Part shown: one piece after another, positions 38,443 through 48,622 of the stretch
Numbering within the stretch: the first letter of the stretch is position 1
Layout: every line of letters begins with the position of its first letter
From: Desulfobacterales bacterium
GTDB lineage: Bacteria > Desulfobacterota > Desulfobacteria > Desulfobacterales > JASJAZ01
Direction: 5' to 3'
Assembly: GCA_030066785.1 (NCBI GenBank)
Contig: JASJAZ010000006.1
Location: forward strand, 3,504 to 67,503
Length of the DNA stretch: 64,000 nucleotides
The notes under the pieces: model-generated
The model's database searches: none
Told to the model about the DNA's origin: nothing
The model's input: the letters and a program-made list of their open reading frames with translations, nothing else
Program-made: the position numbers and the translations under genes

Positions 38443-39822
38443 TCAATCAGGCTTACCATCTGTTTGTTCCGAAGATTTCTCTGGTGGCCACACTTGGTTG
38501 AAAGCCGATTTTGGGAAAAAGCAATAAGGGCAATTCTGCGGTGGCTCATCTTCATAATGCGTATAGCCACAGATTCGGCACCGCCAGGCTTTTTGGTCCG
38601 TGCGCTTCCAATCATCTTCCGATTCAATGGGCATATTCTTTAACAGCGGTAGTTCTTCCAACGGCGGCATCACGGGTCGGTAGCCATTCAGCGCATAACC
38701 GGAAACAATGATCCGCTGGATCTCACTGGTACCCTCGTAGATTCGAAAAAGCCGCATGTCCCGCAGTAATTTTTCGATGGGAAAAAACTCAGTATAACCA
38801 TATCCGGCAAAAATCTGAAGGGCCTCGTTCACAACCTCCTGAGCCGCTTCCGTTGCGTAAAACTTGGTGATGGATGCATTGATGGTGGGATCAATTCCCT
38901 GATCGGCTTCCCAGGCAGATTTCCAGGTCAACAGTCGTGATGTTTCAACCTTTTGATACATCTCCGCGATTTTAAATTGAATTGCTTGAAAATTTGCTAT
39001 TTTACTGCCAAACGCGCGACGTTTTTTGGCATAGTCGATGGCGTACTCCATGGCTGAACGGGCAGCGCCGGTGGCAAAGGCACCGATAATGGGACGTGTA
39101 CGTGCAAACGTCTGCATCGCCAGTACAAAACCCTTGCCAGGGGGTGCCAGCACATTTTCAGGCGGGACACGCACATTGTCAAAATGAATCCCCACCGTGT
39201 TGGAACAGCGTTGTCCCATTTTGGGGATGGGGCGACCGGCGGTTACCCCGGGCCAGTTCCTTTCAACCAAAAAGGCGCAGATGCCCTCGTGGGCTTTATC
39301 CGGATCGGCTGTCGCAAAAACGGATATATAGTCGGCCACACCTCCGTTGGTGATCCAGAATTTAGTGCCGTTTAAAATGTAGTCGCCATCTTTTTGTTCA
39401 GCATGGCACCGTATGCCGGAAACATCCGACCCCATTAGCGGCTCCGAGGTAGCAAAACAGATTAGTTTGAAATTGTTAGCAATGTCAGAAAAATATTTCT
39501 TTTTTAAATCGGCATTGCCCGTTAGGTGCAGCGGTTCCATTCCCAATGAGTTGTCGAAAATCGAAGTAGCCAATCCCGGACACGCAGCCGCTATTTCTTC
39601 GGTCATAATGGCAGACTCAAGCAACCCGTATCCTTTGCCTCCGAATTCCTTGGGGATATCGGAATTCATGAGCCCGGCATCAAATGCCTTGCGAAGGACA
39701 AACACAGGAATTTCATCTTTGGCATCGTAATGCCAAGCCACCGGCAAAACCTCTTTGAGCGCGAAATCTCGTGTTTTCTGCTGCAATGCCATCTGCTCCG
39801 GAGTTAGTGTGAAATCTAGCAT
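38443..39822 (-). CDS. Acyl-CoA dehydrogenase fused to a C-terminal rubredoxin/rubrerythrin-type CxxC...CxxC domain
   Basis: The ACAD core spans about 380 aa (FATSEPLMGSD..., WITNGG..., IYEGTSEIQR). The tail is WRCRICGYTHYEDEPPQNCPYCFFP. Confidence 0.85.
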   Translation of the reverse strand: MLDFTLTPEQMALQQKTRDFALKEVLPVAWHYDAKDEIPVFVLRKAFDAGLMNSDIPKEFGGKGYGLLESAIMTEEIAAACPGLATSIFDNSLGMEPLHLTGNADLKKKYFSDIANNFKLICFATSEPLMGSDVSGIRCHAEQKDGDYILNGTKFWITNGGVADYISVFATADPDKAHEGICAFLVERNWPGVTAGRPIPKMGQRCSNTVGIHFDNVRVPPENVLAPPGKGFVLAMQTFARTRPIIGAFATGAARSAMEYAIDYAKKRRAFGSKIANFQAIQFKIAEMYQKVETSRLLTWKSAWEADQGIDPTINASITKFYATEAAQEVVNEALQIFAGYGYTEFFPIEKLLRDMRLFRIYEGTSEIQRIIVSGYALNGYRPVMPPLEELPLLKNMPIESEDDWKRTDQKAWRCRICGYTHYEDEPPQNCPYCFFPKSAFNQVWPPEKSSEQTDGKPD

Positions 39823-39893
39823 CGTAAAGCTCCTTATGAGACATTAGTGTATCAAATCATTTCCGTATGAATCCAAAGATAGCATGTGAGGAC

Positions 39894-40124
39894 TCAAGCA
39901 ATAAACCGTTTTATAGCCAAATAAATAAGGGGAAATAATATCGCGATAATAATGATGAGTCCTGGAATTGATAAATACGGCCGATACCAGGGCGCACCCT
40001 GTTGTTTGGCTTTCTTAACCTCCGTCAAATACCAGTTGCCGATGAGAAGTGCAGCGCCGATCACGCAAATTATTTTTAACAGCGGCAATATTGAGGATAG
40101 AGATTGTGGCATGGAAAACTGCAA
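39894..40124 (-). CDS. Small two-TM membrane protein, hypothetical
   Basis: 76-aa ORF with two hydrophobic segments. No family recognised. Confidence 0.35.
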   Translation of the reverse strand: MQFSMPQSLSSILPLLKIICVIGAALLIGNWYLTEVKKAKQQGAPWYRPYLSIPGLIIIIAILFPLIYLAIKRFIA

Positions 40125-40238
40125 AAGTTCTTATTAGATCTTGTCGTCGTTGCGTCCGATGAATATGTAAGCGGACAGTTGGGTTCCTCCAGATGCCGTC
40201 AGTTGCGAATTATTGGCGGCAGATGATGTGCCTGTTTA

Positions 40239-40694
40239 TCATTCCGCCAAAAGGGTCCGCAGAACATCTTCTTTGCCCACCACACCAACCAGATTGCCAG
40301 CCTGATCCACAACCGGTATCGTGTGAAAACCGTTATCCACCATCAAAGCCGCCACCGCTTCAAGGCTCGTATCCGGCTTTACCGTAACAGGCTCGGATGA
40401 CATGGCCTGCTTGACCGTGTAGGCTGCAATTTTTTGGACCTCTTTTTCAAGCTGTTTGGCAGATGTCAAAGGGATATACCCATCCAAAAGGGTGAACAGG
40501 GTCGGAACCGGCAGGCGTTTTTGCTGGGCAATCAGGTCGCTCTGGCAAAGGATACCCACCAATTTTCCCTGATCATCCAGAACCGGCAGACCATTTATGT
40601 GGTTATCAAGCAGAATGCGAGCGGCCTCGGTGATGGCGGTTTGGGGTGTGACAGAAATCACATCGGTTGTCATAATATCCTGGACTTGAACCAT
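40239..40694 (-). CDS. CBS-domain pair protein
   Basis: Two CBS repeats (IMTTDVISV...INGLPVLDDQGKLVGI; AMSSEPVTV...FHTIPVVDQAGNLVGVV). The start is at MVQVQD after TAGGAG. Confidence 0.8.
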   Translation of the reverse strand: MVQVQDIMTTDVISVTPQTAITEAARILLDNHINGLPVLDDQGKLVGILCQSDLIAQQKRLPVPTLFTLLDGYIPLTSAKQLEKEVQKIAAYTVKQAMSSEPVTVKPDTSLEAVAALMVDNGFHTIPVVDQAGNLVGVVGKEDVLRTLLAE

Positions 40695-41034
40695 TGTTGC
40701 TCCTAAAGAAAAATTATGCACCAAATTTGGCCTTGGCAGACGGGTCTTTTAATTACATGGCATGCTAAGAAACCACTGGTCGCTTCGGGAAGCATTGGAT
40801 TAAGAAATTCCTCCGAGGTAACACGTTAGAAAACACCGACAGTGTTTTTTGACTATAGTGAAATGCAGGCGAAATTGTCAAGCTGCACCCCTCATGGCTT
40901 ACAAAATATCAGGCCTTCTGCGTTCAGCTGCGATCAACAAATATTGACATTGGATAACTGATTTTGTGCTTAGCTGATGTAGCGCCTGTGCCGCAGGCCC
41001 GGAGCTGAATAAATTTGATAGCCACATGCCGTTT

Positions 41035-42306
41035 TCATCTGACAAGTGTTAGAAGGTCCGAATCAAAATTCAGAGTGGCAAAATAGTCTTGCGCCGTCTC
41101 CTCACGCCGAATCAACTCTACCGTTCCATCGCTTCTAAGCAGAAGCTCTTTGGGACGCAATTTCCCATTATAGTTAAATCCCATGGAATGTCCGTGGGCG
41201 CCGGTGTCATGAATCAATAGGATGTCGCCATCTTTGATGACCGGCAATTCCCGCTGGATGGCAAATTTATCATTGTTTTCACAAAGCGAACCAACAACGT
41301 CAACGATTTCGTGATTCCCCTTACCGTTCTTTCCCGGTACCGTGATGTGATGATAAGCGCCATACATGCCTGGGCGCATTAACGCCGTCATACAGGCATC
41401 TACGCCGATATATTTACGGTAAATATCTTTGCGGTTAATGGCCTTGACCACCAATACACCGTGGGGTCCGGTGATATATCGGCCGCTCTCCAAAAACAAT
41501 TTGGGTGCTTTGCCGTGCTTTCTTTCAAAGGCTTTAAAAAGAGCGGTAATTTCAGAGGCCATTGTGCTTAAATCAAGAGGCTTTTGATCCGGATGGTAGG
41601 CAATACCGAAGCCGCCTCCGATATTGATAAAGTCAAAATCGATTTGCTGAGTTGCCGATATCGATTCAATCAAATCCAAAAGCATTCGCACAGTCTCGAT
41701 AAAATAGGTATAATTTAATTCATTGGACGCCAGCATGGTGTGCAACCCAAATCTTAGCGCACCTATTTGCCGGGCTTGCCGGTAGGCCTCAACCACCTGT
41801 TCGTGGCTGAGGCCGTATTTGGATTCGACCGGATTGCCAATAATCGCGTTACCGGTGCGCCGTGGCCCCGGGTTATAACGAAAACAGATTAACTCAGGCA
41901 TTTTCGGAACTTTTGGTATTAAACTAATATCATCCAGATTGAGGATACAACCACCATCGGCAGCGGCAGCATTGAATTCCGTCAAACTGGTGTTATTGGA
42001 AGTAAACATGATGTCTTTACCACGGGCACCAATCTGCCGGCTGAGCAGCAACTCGGTAATGGAACTGCAATCAAAACCGAAACCCAAAGTTTGCATTATT
42101 TGAAGGATACGGGGGTTCGGTAAAGCCTTCACCGCGAAATATTCACGGTAGCCTTTAATGCCGGCAAAGGCCGCATTTAACTTGCGACCGGTTTCCAAAA
42201 TACCTTTTTCATCGTAAATGTGGAAGGGGGTACCATAGTGGCTCACAATCTCATCTAAAATGGTGTTTAAGCGTTGATTAAAATCTGTAGACATCGGCAT
42301 TGTCAT
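41035..42306 (-). CDS. Alanine-racemase-fold (type III) PLP-dependent decarboxylase, diaminopimelate/lysine/ornithine decarboxylase family
   Basis: 423 aa. YFAVKALPNP (PLP-Lys region), GGGFGI, ESGRYITG and C-terminal CENNDKF match the Orn/DAP/Arg decarboxylase family 2. Substrate is not assignable by eye. Confidence 0.75.
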   Translation of the reverse strand: MTMPMSTDFNQRLNTILDEIVSHYGTPFHIYDEKGILETGRKLNAAFAGIKGYREYFAVKALPNPRILQIMQTLGFGFDCSSITELLLSRQIGARGKDIMFTSNNTSLTEFNAAAADGGCILNLDDISLIPKVPKMPELICFRYNPGPRRTGNAIIGNPVESKYGLSHEQVVEAYRQARQIGALRFGLHTMLASNELNYTYFIETVRMLLDLIESISATQQIDFDFINIGGGFGIAYHPDQKPLDLSTMASEITALFKAFERKHGKAPKLFLESGRYITGPHGVLVVKAINRKDIYRKYIGVDACMTALMRPGMYGAYHHITVPGKNGKGNHEIVDVVGSLCENNDKFAIQRELPVIKDGDILLIHDTGAHGHSMGFNYNGKLRPKELLLRSDGTVELIRREETAQDYFATLNFDSDLLTLVR

Positions 42307-42431
42307 TGACTCCTTAAATGATAAATATCATCAAAAAGCCTTGGCAATCATCAGTTGGAAAAACAGCCAAGATCTCTTAAAAAAGATTAAAAAGATTCAA
42401 TATTGAAAGTCATTTCTGGTCACAGAGGCGG

Positions 42432-42911
42432 TTATCGGCGGCGTTCGCTGATATCTTCATCAACCAAGGGTATGCGAGCCGTTTCTTTAACAGTTGTCAA
42501 CGCAATTGACGTACGCGTGGTACCAACATTTGGAATCGAGCTGATTCTGTCACGCACCAGGCGCCCGAGTTCATCGGTGTTTGCCACCCGCATTTTAACC
42601 AAATAGCCATCTTCACCACTGATATAATGCACCTCTTGCACTTCAGGTATGGCCGCTAAAATAGCGCCAACATCCAATTGCAATTCCGTTTTGGTCGTAA
42701 AAACGTGCACAAACGCCACAAGACTGCGATCAAAACGGGCAGGATTCAACCGCACCTCGTACCCGTCTATAATGCCTTGTTTTTCCATTTTGCGAATACG
42801 CTCCAGGACCGCTGATGGGGCGAGTCCCACTTGACGGGCGACTTCGACATTGGGTATTCGGGCCTTTTTCTGAAGAATTCTTAAAATTTTATAACTTATT
42901 TCGTCAATCAT
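42432..42911 (-). CDS. lrp: Lrp/AsnC family transcriptional regulator
   Basis: N-terminal HTH (DEISYKILRILQKKARIPNVEVARQVGLAPSAVLERIRKMEKQGII) and a C-terminal RAM domain. Confidence 0.9.
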   Translation of the reverse strand: MIDEISYKILRILQKKARIPNVEVARQVGLAPSAVLERIRKMEKQGIIDGYEVRLNPARFDRSLVAFVHVFTTKTELQLDVGAILAAIPEVQEVHYISGEDGYLVKMRVANTDELGRLVRDRISSIPNVGTTRTSIALTTVKETARIPLVDEDISERRR

Positions 42912-43200
42912 TCTTATTTACCCCTTTTTTACTATCATTTATTCATTATAAATAATTTAGTCAAGAATAATATTCATTATAACTTTACATTTAGAACCGA
43001 CTCTTGATTCCGACCGCAAATGCAGGTGGATAATAAATCGTTCGAACGTCATCCAGCAGGACCAATTCGCGCGGCATTGGTTGTTGACCTTTGGAATGAA
43101 TCTCGTTAGATTTTAATAGGTTTGTACACCTTCCTGCAGCGCTTTGTGACTGCAGCCAGAATACCAAGTGCACTTAATCAAATTCTGCGAGGTTTTAACA

Positions 43201-44529
43201 ATGAAGGCACCGCAAATCAGAAAACCCCTGCCCGGTACCAAGGCCAACAATTTAATTCAGCTGGACAAAACCTACGTGTCACCGTCTTATACCCGTGTTT
43301 ATCCATTGGTCGTTAAAAAAGCAAAAGGGCTGTGGATATATGATGTCGATGACAACCTCTTTCTTGATTTTACGGCTGGTATTGCCGTCAATGCTACTGG
43401 TCACTGTCACCCCAAGATTGTAGCGGCAATTAAAAAACAGGCGGATCGCTTGCTGCATATGTCGGGTACCGATTTTTATTACACGCCTCAAATAGCATTG
43501 GCACAAAAACTGGCTTCTTTGGTTCCCGGCGATACAGTTCATAAAGTCTATTTCGGTAACTCCGGGGCTGAAGCAGTGGAAGCCGCCTTTAAACTGGCCC
43601 GGTGGCACACGCAGCGGGAGTTAAATATCGCTTTCTACGGTGCATTTCACGGCCGCACCATGGGAGCGCTGTCTTTAACAGCCAGCAAAACCATTCAAAA
43701 AAAACATTACAATCCCTTTGTGCCAGGCATCACACATATTCCTTACGCCTATTGTTACCGTTGTGCCTATAATATGTGCTATCCGGAATGCGATATTTAC
43801 TGTGCCCGCTGGGTTGAAGATACCCTTTTTCGAACGACGATGCCGCCGGAGGAGGTTGCCGCCATATTTGTGGAACCGATTCAAGGTGAAGGTGGTTATG
43901 TCGTTCCGCCGCCTGAATTTCACAAAAAACTTTATCAAATCGCTCAAAAATATGGCATTTTGTATGTTGCCGATGAAGTGCAATCCGGGATGGGGCGCAC
44001 CGGCCGAATGTTTGCCATGGAGCACTTTGGGGTTCAACCGGAAATAATGGCCCTGGCCAAAGGCATTGCTTCAGGACTTCCCCTGGGTGCCATGGTCGCC
44101 CGGGCCGATATTATGAACTGGGAGGCAGGGTCCCATGCATCAACCTTTGGTGGTAACCCGATTTCTTGCGAAGCCGCATTGGCAACAATTGCGATGTTGG
44201 AAGATGAATTAATGATCAATGCGGAAGAGCAAGGCAACCGTTTGAAATCTGGGTTGCACCGGCTACAGAATGACTTAGAATGCATGGGAGATGTGCGCGG
44301 TAAAGGTTTGATGGTCGCCGTTGAGTTGGTTAAAGACCGCGACACCAAAACACCGGATGTGAAATTGCGCAACCGTATCATTCACAAAGCATTTCATAAA
44401 GGCCTGCTTTTACTGGGATGTGGCGAAAACAGTATTCGTTTTAGTCCGGCACTTACCGTTACTGCGAGCGAGATTGATTTGTGTCTAACCATTTTTGAGG
44501 AAGTCGTTCGGGAAGCAATAACTAATTAA
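43201..44529 (+). CDS. Class-III PLP aminotransferase (GabT / lysine-6-aminotransferase-like)
   Basis: Typical class-III pattern (DFTAGIAVNATGHCHP..., GNSGAEAVEAA..., ADEVQSGMGRTG..., LAKGIASGLP, TFGGNP). The start is at MKAPQI after GAGG. Confidence 0.85.
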   Translation: MKAPQIRKPLPGTKANNLIQLDKTYVSPSYTRVYPLVVKKAKGLWIYDVDDNLFLDFTAGIAVNATGHCHPKIVAAIKKQADRLLHMSGTDFYYTPQIALAQKLASLVPGDTVHKVYFGNSGAEAVEAAFKLARWHTQRELNIAFYGAFHGRTMGALSLTASKTIQKKHYNPFVPGITHIPYAYCYRCAYNMCYPECDIYCARWVEDTLFRTTMPPEEVAAIFVEPIQGEGGYVVPPPEFHKKLYQIAQKYGILYVADEVQSGMGRTGRMFAMEHFGVQPEIMALAKGIASGLPLGAMVARADIMNWEAGSHASTFGGNPISCEAALATIAMLEDELMINAEEQGNRLKSGLHRLQNDLECMGDVRGKGLMVAVELVKDRDTKTPDVKLRNRIIHKAFHKGLLLLGCGENSIRFSPALTVTASEIDLCLTIFEEVVREAITN

Positions 44530-44551
44530 TTTTTAATAAAGAACAAAATTA

Positions 44552-46081
44552 ATGGACACGGCATTACAAGCATTTGATCTTACCAAAAAATTGGAAGGGG
44601 CCAATACGGGCAGCTGGTTGTCGTGCAATGGCGACATTCTTGTGTCGGTCTCACCGATTGATGGTAGAACCATCGGTCGTATTCGCACGGCAACGGCTAA
44701 TGATTACGAAAAAGTTGCGAAGCAGGCCGTCAAAGCTTTTAAGGTTTGGCGCATGATACCGGCACCTCAACGTGGAGATATCGTGCGTCAAATCGGTGAT
44801 GCCTTGCGTCATAACAAACAAAACCTTGGGCGTTTAGTCAGCTTAAACGTGGGTAAAATCTTATCTGAAGGTGAAGGTGAAGTACAGGAAATGATTGATA
44901 TTGCCGATTTCGCTGTGGGACAATCACGAATGCTATATGGTTTGTCTATGCATAGCGAAAGACCGCGTCACCGGATGTATGAGCAGTGGCATCCCCTGGG
45001 ACCGGTGGGTGTTATCACGGCATTTAACTTTCCGGTGGCGGTGTGGTCATGGAATGCCATGATTGCATTAATTGCAGGCAATACGGTTATTTGGAAACCT
45101 TCCCACAAGGCAGCTTTATGCGCACTAGCCGTTACCAAAATTGCTTCCGAAGTGTTGGACCGCAACAATTTACCCCAAGGCATTTTGAACTTGGTGATCG
45201 GAAATCGCAAGCAGGTGGGAAATCCCTTGGTCAATGATTCGCGCGTACCGCTGATTTCGGCCACCGGCAGTGTCAACATGGGAAAGGCCATCAATCAAGC
45301 TGTTGCCGCCCGGCTGGGCAAAACGATTTTAGAGCTTGGTGGCAACAATGCCATTATTGTAACCCCCCACGCCGATTTGACATTAGCAATCCGCTCCATC
45401 GTGTTTGGCGCCGTTGGCACGGCGGGTCAACGCTGCACCACTACGCGTCGGATAATCGCTCACAAGGCCATTTATGCCGATCTGCAACAAGCCTTGATTA
45501 AAGCCTATCAACAGGTACCCATTGGCAATCCACTGGAAGACGGTATTTTAATGGGCCCCTTAATCGACACCGAGGCCGTGGACAATATGATGGCGGCTCT
45601 GGCTGAGATTGGTTCCCAGGGCGGCAAAATTCTATATGGCGGCGAAAAGCTTTCAGGCGGTATTTTCGAAACCGGCACTTATGTTCAGCCTTGCATCTGT
45701 GAGGTCCCACCGGATTGTGCCATTGTGCGCGAGGAAACCTTTGCACCTATCTTATATCTGATACCCTATGAAGAGCTGGACGAGGCCATTGCGATCCATA
45801 ACGGGGTACCCCAGGGATTATCCTCGGCCATTTTCAGCAACAACCTCAAGGAGGTGGAAACCTTCTTGAGCCATTTGGGAAGTGATTGCGGTATTGCCAA
45901 TGTCAATGTGGGCACTTCGGGTGCAGAAATCGGTGGTGCTTTTGGCGGCGAGAAGGATACCGGTGGTGGACGTGAAGCAGGGTCGGATTCGTGGAAAGCA
46001 TACATGCGGCGCCAGACCAACACCATCAACTGGTCAGACGAAATGCCGCTGGCACAGGGTGTTCGCTTTGAATTTGATTAA
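44552..46081 (+). CDS. ALDH7-type aldehyde dehydrogenase (piperideine-6-carboxylate / aminoadipate-semialdehyde dehydrogenase-like)
   Basis: 509 aa. EGEGEVQEMIDIADFAVGQSRMLYG, VITAFNFPVAVWSWN, ELGGNNA and GTAGQRCTT resemble the ALDH7 (antiquitin) subgroup. Confidence 0.75.
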   Translation: MDTALQAFDLTKKLEGANTGSWLSCNGDILVSVSPIDGRTIGRIRTATANDYEKVAKQAVKAFKVWRMIPAPQRGDIVRQIGDALRHNKQNLGRLVSLNVGKILSEGEGEVQEMIDIADFAVGQSRMLYGLSMHSERPRHRMYEQWHPLGPVGVITAFNFPVAVWSWNAMIALIAGNTVIWKPSHKAALCALAVTKIASEVLDRNNLPQGILNLVIGNRKQVGNPLVNDSRVPLISATGSVNMGKAINQAVAARLGKTILELGGNNAIIVTPHADLTLAIRSIVFGAVGTAGQRCTTTRRIIAHKAIYADLQQALIKAYQQVPIGNPLEDGILMGPLIDTEAVDNMMAALAEIGSQGGKILYGGEKLSGGIFETGTYVQPCICEVPPDCAIVREETFAPILYLIPYEELDEAIAIHNGVPQGLSSAIFSNNLKEVETFLSHLGSDCGIANVNVGTSGAEIGGAFGGEKDTGGGREAGSDSWKAYMRRQTNTINWSDEMPLAQGVRFEFD

Positions 46082-46155
46082 TAACTGCTTCGCGATTAAT
46101 GTAATCTCAATCGTTTGCTTACAACCCACTTTATACTCATAGAAGGGAGAGAATA

Positions 46156-46626
46156 ATGGTTAAAAAGATTTTGGTGGCTTTGGATGATTCTGAAAATGCA
46201 ATGCGGGCAGTGGAATACGTTGCCGACCATTTTACCACCGATCACCGGATTACATTGATTAGTGTGTTGCAAGATGTTGCCACCCTTTGCAAATTGGAAA
46301 GCCCGGAGTTAACTCCCCATTTTATTTCTCAACAGACCAGTTTCTGCGCCTTGGAAGATGAAAAACGCAAGCTGGTTGAAAACGCACAACAAAAAGCCAA
46401 AGCCCTTCTGATTGAAAAGGGATTTGATCAAAACAATATCACCATTAAAATAGAATCCAAAAAACGCAGCGTTGCCAAAGATATCGCAAACGAAGCGGCT
46501 GACGGTTATGATGTTATTGTTATCGGTCGCCGGGGACTGACCGGCTTGAAGGAATTTTTCATGGGAAGCGTTTCCCATAAAATTTTAAATCTCGCCAAAG
46601 ACGTTTCCGTACTGATTGTCAACTAA
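46156..46626 (+). CDS. Universal stress protein (UspA family)
   Basis: MVKKILVALDDSENAMRAVEYV... and ...VIGRRGLTGLKEFFMGSVSHKILNLAKDVSVLIV. Confidence 0.85.
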   Translation: MVKKILVALDDSENAMRAVEYVADHFTTDHRITLISVLQDVATLCKLESPELTPHFISQQTSFCALEDEKRKLVENAQQKAKALLIEKGFDQNNITIKIESKKRSVAKDIANEAADGYDVIVIGRRGLTGLKEFFMGSVSHKILNLAKDVSVLIVN

Positions 46627-46632
46627 ACAAAA

Positions 46633-46659
46633 CGGCCACTTTTAAAACAAAAGTGGCCG
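46633..46659. terminator. Intrinsic terminator between convergent usp and mlaC-like genes
   Basis: CGGCCACTTTT-AAAAC-AAAAGTGGCCG, a perfect 11-bp stem, followed by CTGCTTTT. Confidence 0.65.
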
Positions 46660-46708
46660 CTGCTTTTAATAGTGCCGCGGGAGATTTTTATCCGCCCGCT
46701 AAAGCATC

Positions 46709-47344
46709 TTAAACTTTATCGTCGGTATCAGCACCCTGCTTCTGCTTCTCAATCTTGGTTTTTAGACGCGCGATTAACTGATCGGGCGTTTCCTTGTTCA
46801 GCAGTTCATTAAATTGCGTTCGGTAGTTTTTAACCATGCTAACACCTTCAATGACAACATCATAAACCCGCCATTGGTCTTTTTTCAAAACCATCCTGAA
46901 ATCCACCGGAACATCCAGGTCCTGCCTTAAGATTCGGGTATTTACCTGAGCCTTATTTTCAGAAACGAGATTCTCGCCGACAACGTTAATCTTTACATCT
47001 TTGTATTCACTTTTCAGCTGAGACAAATATGTATTTTTTAAAACCTCGATGAAAGAATCCGTAAATTCCTTGCGTTGATCTCGGCTAAATTTTTTCCAGT
47101 TGCGCGCCAGGGTACGTTTCGAAATCTCAATATAATCAAACATCGGTTTAATAACCTTCCAGATTTCCTCCTGGAGCTTTTCCGAGTTGCCCTCTCCTTG
47201 CAGATTGGGATCATTCATTATTTTAATCGCCTGGTCCATGGCCTTTCGGATCACATCGCCGGGTTTATCGGCTGCTGCGGAAACCGATACACAAATAAAC
47301 AATACTAAAAGAAAAGGAACCATCAATCGAACTAATGCTTTCAT
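46709..47344 (-). CDS. MlaC/Ttg2D-family periplasmic lipid-binding protein
   Basis: Signal peptide and Tol-tolerance family pattern (FDYIEISKRTLARNWKKFSRDQRKEFTDSFIEVLKNTY...). No mlaDEF genes are nearby. Confidence 0.7.
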   Translation of the reverse strand: MKALVRLMVPFLLVLFICVSVSAAADKPGDVIRKAMDQAIKIMNDPNLQGEGNSEKLQEEIWKVIKPMFDYIEISKRTLARNWKKFSRDQRKEFTDSFIEVLKNTYLSQLKSEYKDVKINVVGENLVSENKAQVNTRILRQDLDVPVDFRMVLKKDQWRVYDVVIEGVSMVKNYRTQFNELLNKETPDQLIARLKTKIEKQKQGADTDDKV

Positions 47345-47536
47345 TCTTAGCCTCCTCCATACATTCGACTTCGTTAATTACATTACAATCGGCTCAACAA
47401 CCATCAATTGCACTTGAAAATAAATTGGTACTATACATTAAATGACATATTAATAAAGCATATTATCAACATGATAATAACATCTAACAAATTTACAATA
47501 TTAACCAATAATTAACCACCCCTTGCAACGAATTCA

Positions 47537-48598
47537 TTAAAGAACATCCGCATGCTCATATGATGTATGGCCGAATGTTTCCATTACCAGCTTCTCAACT
47601 TCCAATTTGCGATGGCAGGCCACCATATGACAGGGTATAACTTCCTCCAGCACAGGCTCTTTTTCACGGCAAATATCCATAACAAAGGGACAGCGCGTAT
47701 GAAATCGACAGGCCTTGGGGGGATTTAGCGGACTGGGCACGTCGCCGGTTAAAACAATTCGCCGGGCTTTGGAAGCCGTGTCGGGAACGGGTATCCCTGA
47801 AAGCAGCGCATGGGTGTAAGGATGCAACGGATTTCTAAACAGGCTAGCGGTCGGCGCAACCTCGACTATTTTGCCAAGATACATCACCGCCAGCCGTTGA
47901 CTGATATACTTCACAACCAGTAGATGATGGGTAATAAAAAGGAAAGTCAGGCTCAATTTTTGTTGCAGTTCCATCAGCAGGTTTAAAATTTGGGCTTGCA
48001 CCGATACGTCCAGTGCCGATGTCGGCTCATCCAAAACGATAAAATCCGGATGGGTTGCAATGGCACGCGCCACGGCAATTCGCTGGCGTTGTCCGCCTGA
48101 AAATTCATGGGGGTAACGCAAATAATGGTCTTTGGTAAGCCCCACCAGGCTTAAAAGCATCAGAACGCGCGCCTCCAAATCCCGAGCACTGATGCTATTT
48201 TGGGTTTTAAGTGGTTCGGCGATGATATTTTTGATGAGCATGCGTGGATTTAAGGAAGTGGTTGGATCCTGAAACACCATTTGAAATTTAGCGCGGATAC
48301 CCTTTCGTTTCAAAGCGCCCTCATGAAGCTGGGCAATATCGGTTTTAAATTCATCCTGCTGGTTTGCCGAAGCATAATAATAAATTTTTCCTTCCGTGGG
48401 CCTGTGAAGGCGCACCAGGGCTTTACCTGTTGTTGTTTTGCCACAGCCGGACTCACCAACCAGTCCCAGGCACTCGCCGCGTTGGATGTTCAAATCAATA
48501 CCATCCAATGCCTTGACGGAGGCAATCTTGCGTTGCAGCACACCCCCGGTCACAGGGTAGTGCTTTTTGAGATCGGTTATCTCTAAAATTTTGGACAT
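47537..48598 (-). CDS. Oligopeptide/dipeptide-type ABC transporter ATP-binding protein (OppF/DppF-like)
   Basis: Walker [10 protein letters not shown], signature FSGGQRQR, Walker [13 protein letters not shown] and a C-terminal oligo_HPY Cys motif. Confidence 0.9.
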   Translation of the reverse strand: MSKILEITDLKKHYPVTGGVLQRKIASVKALDGIDLNIQRGECLGLVGESGCGKTTTGKALVRLHRPTEGKIYYYASANQQDEFKTDIAQLHEGALKRKGIRAKFQMVFQDPTTSLNPRMLIKNIIAEPLKTQNSISARDLEARVLMLLSLVGLTKDHYLRYPHEFSGGQRQRIAVARAIATHPDFIVLDEPTSALDVSVQAQILNLLMELQQKLSLTFLFITHHLLVVKYISQRLAVMYLGKIVEVAPTASLFRNPLHPYTHALLSGIPVPDTASKARRIVLTGDVPSPLNPPKACRFHTRCPFVMDICREKEPVLEEVIPCHMVACHRKLEVEKLVMETFGHTSYEHADVL

Positions 48599-48622
48599 AT
48601 TTTATAAAAGGGCCTCTAATCC

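Noticed and set aside
40838-40860. Hairpin AAAACAC-CGACA-GTGTTTT followed by T's on the plus strand. I considered it as a possible sRNA terminator in the spacer between the CBS gene and the decarboxylase gene.
   Set aside because: No plus-strand promoter or conserved structure could be identified by eye. It may equally be a distal bidirectional terminator for the decarboxylase gene. I left it unannotated.
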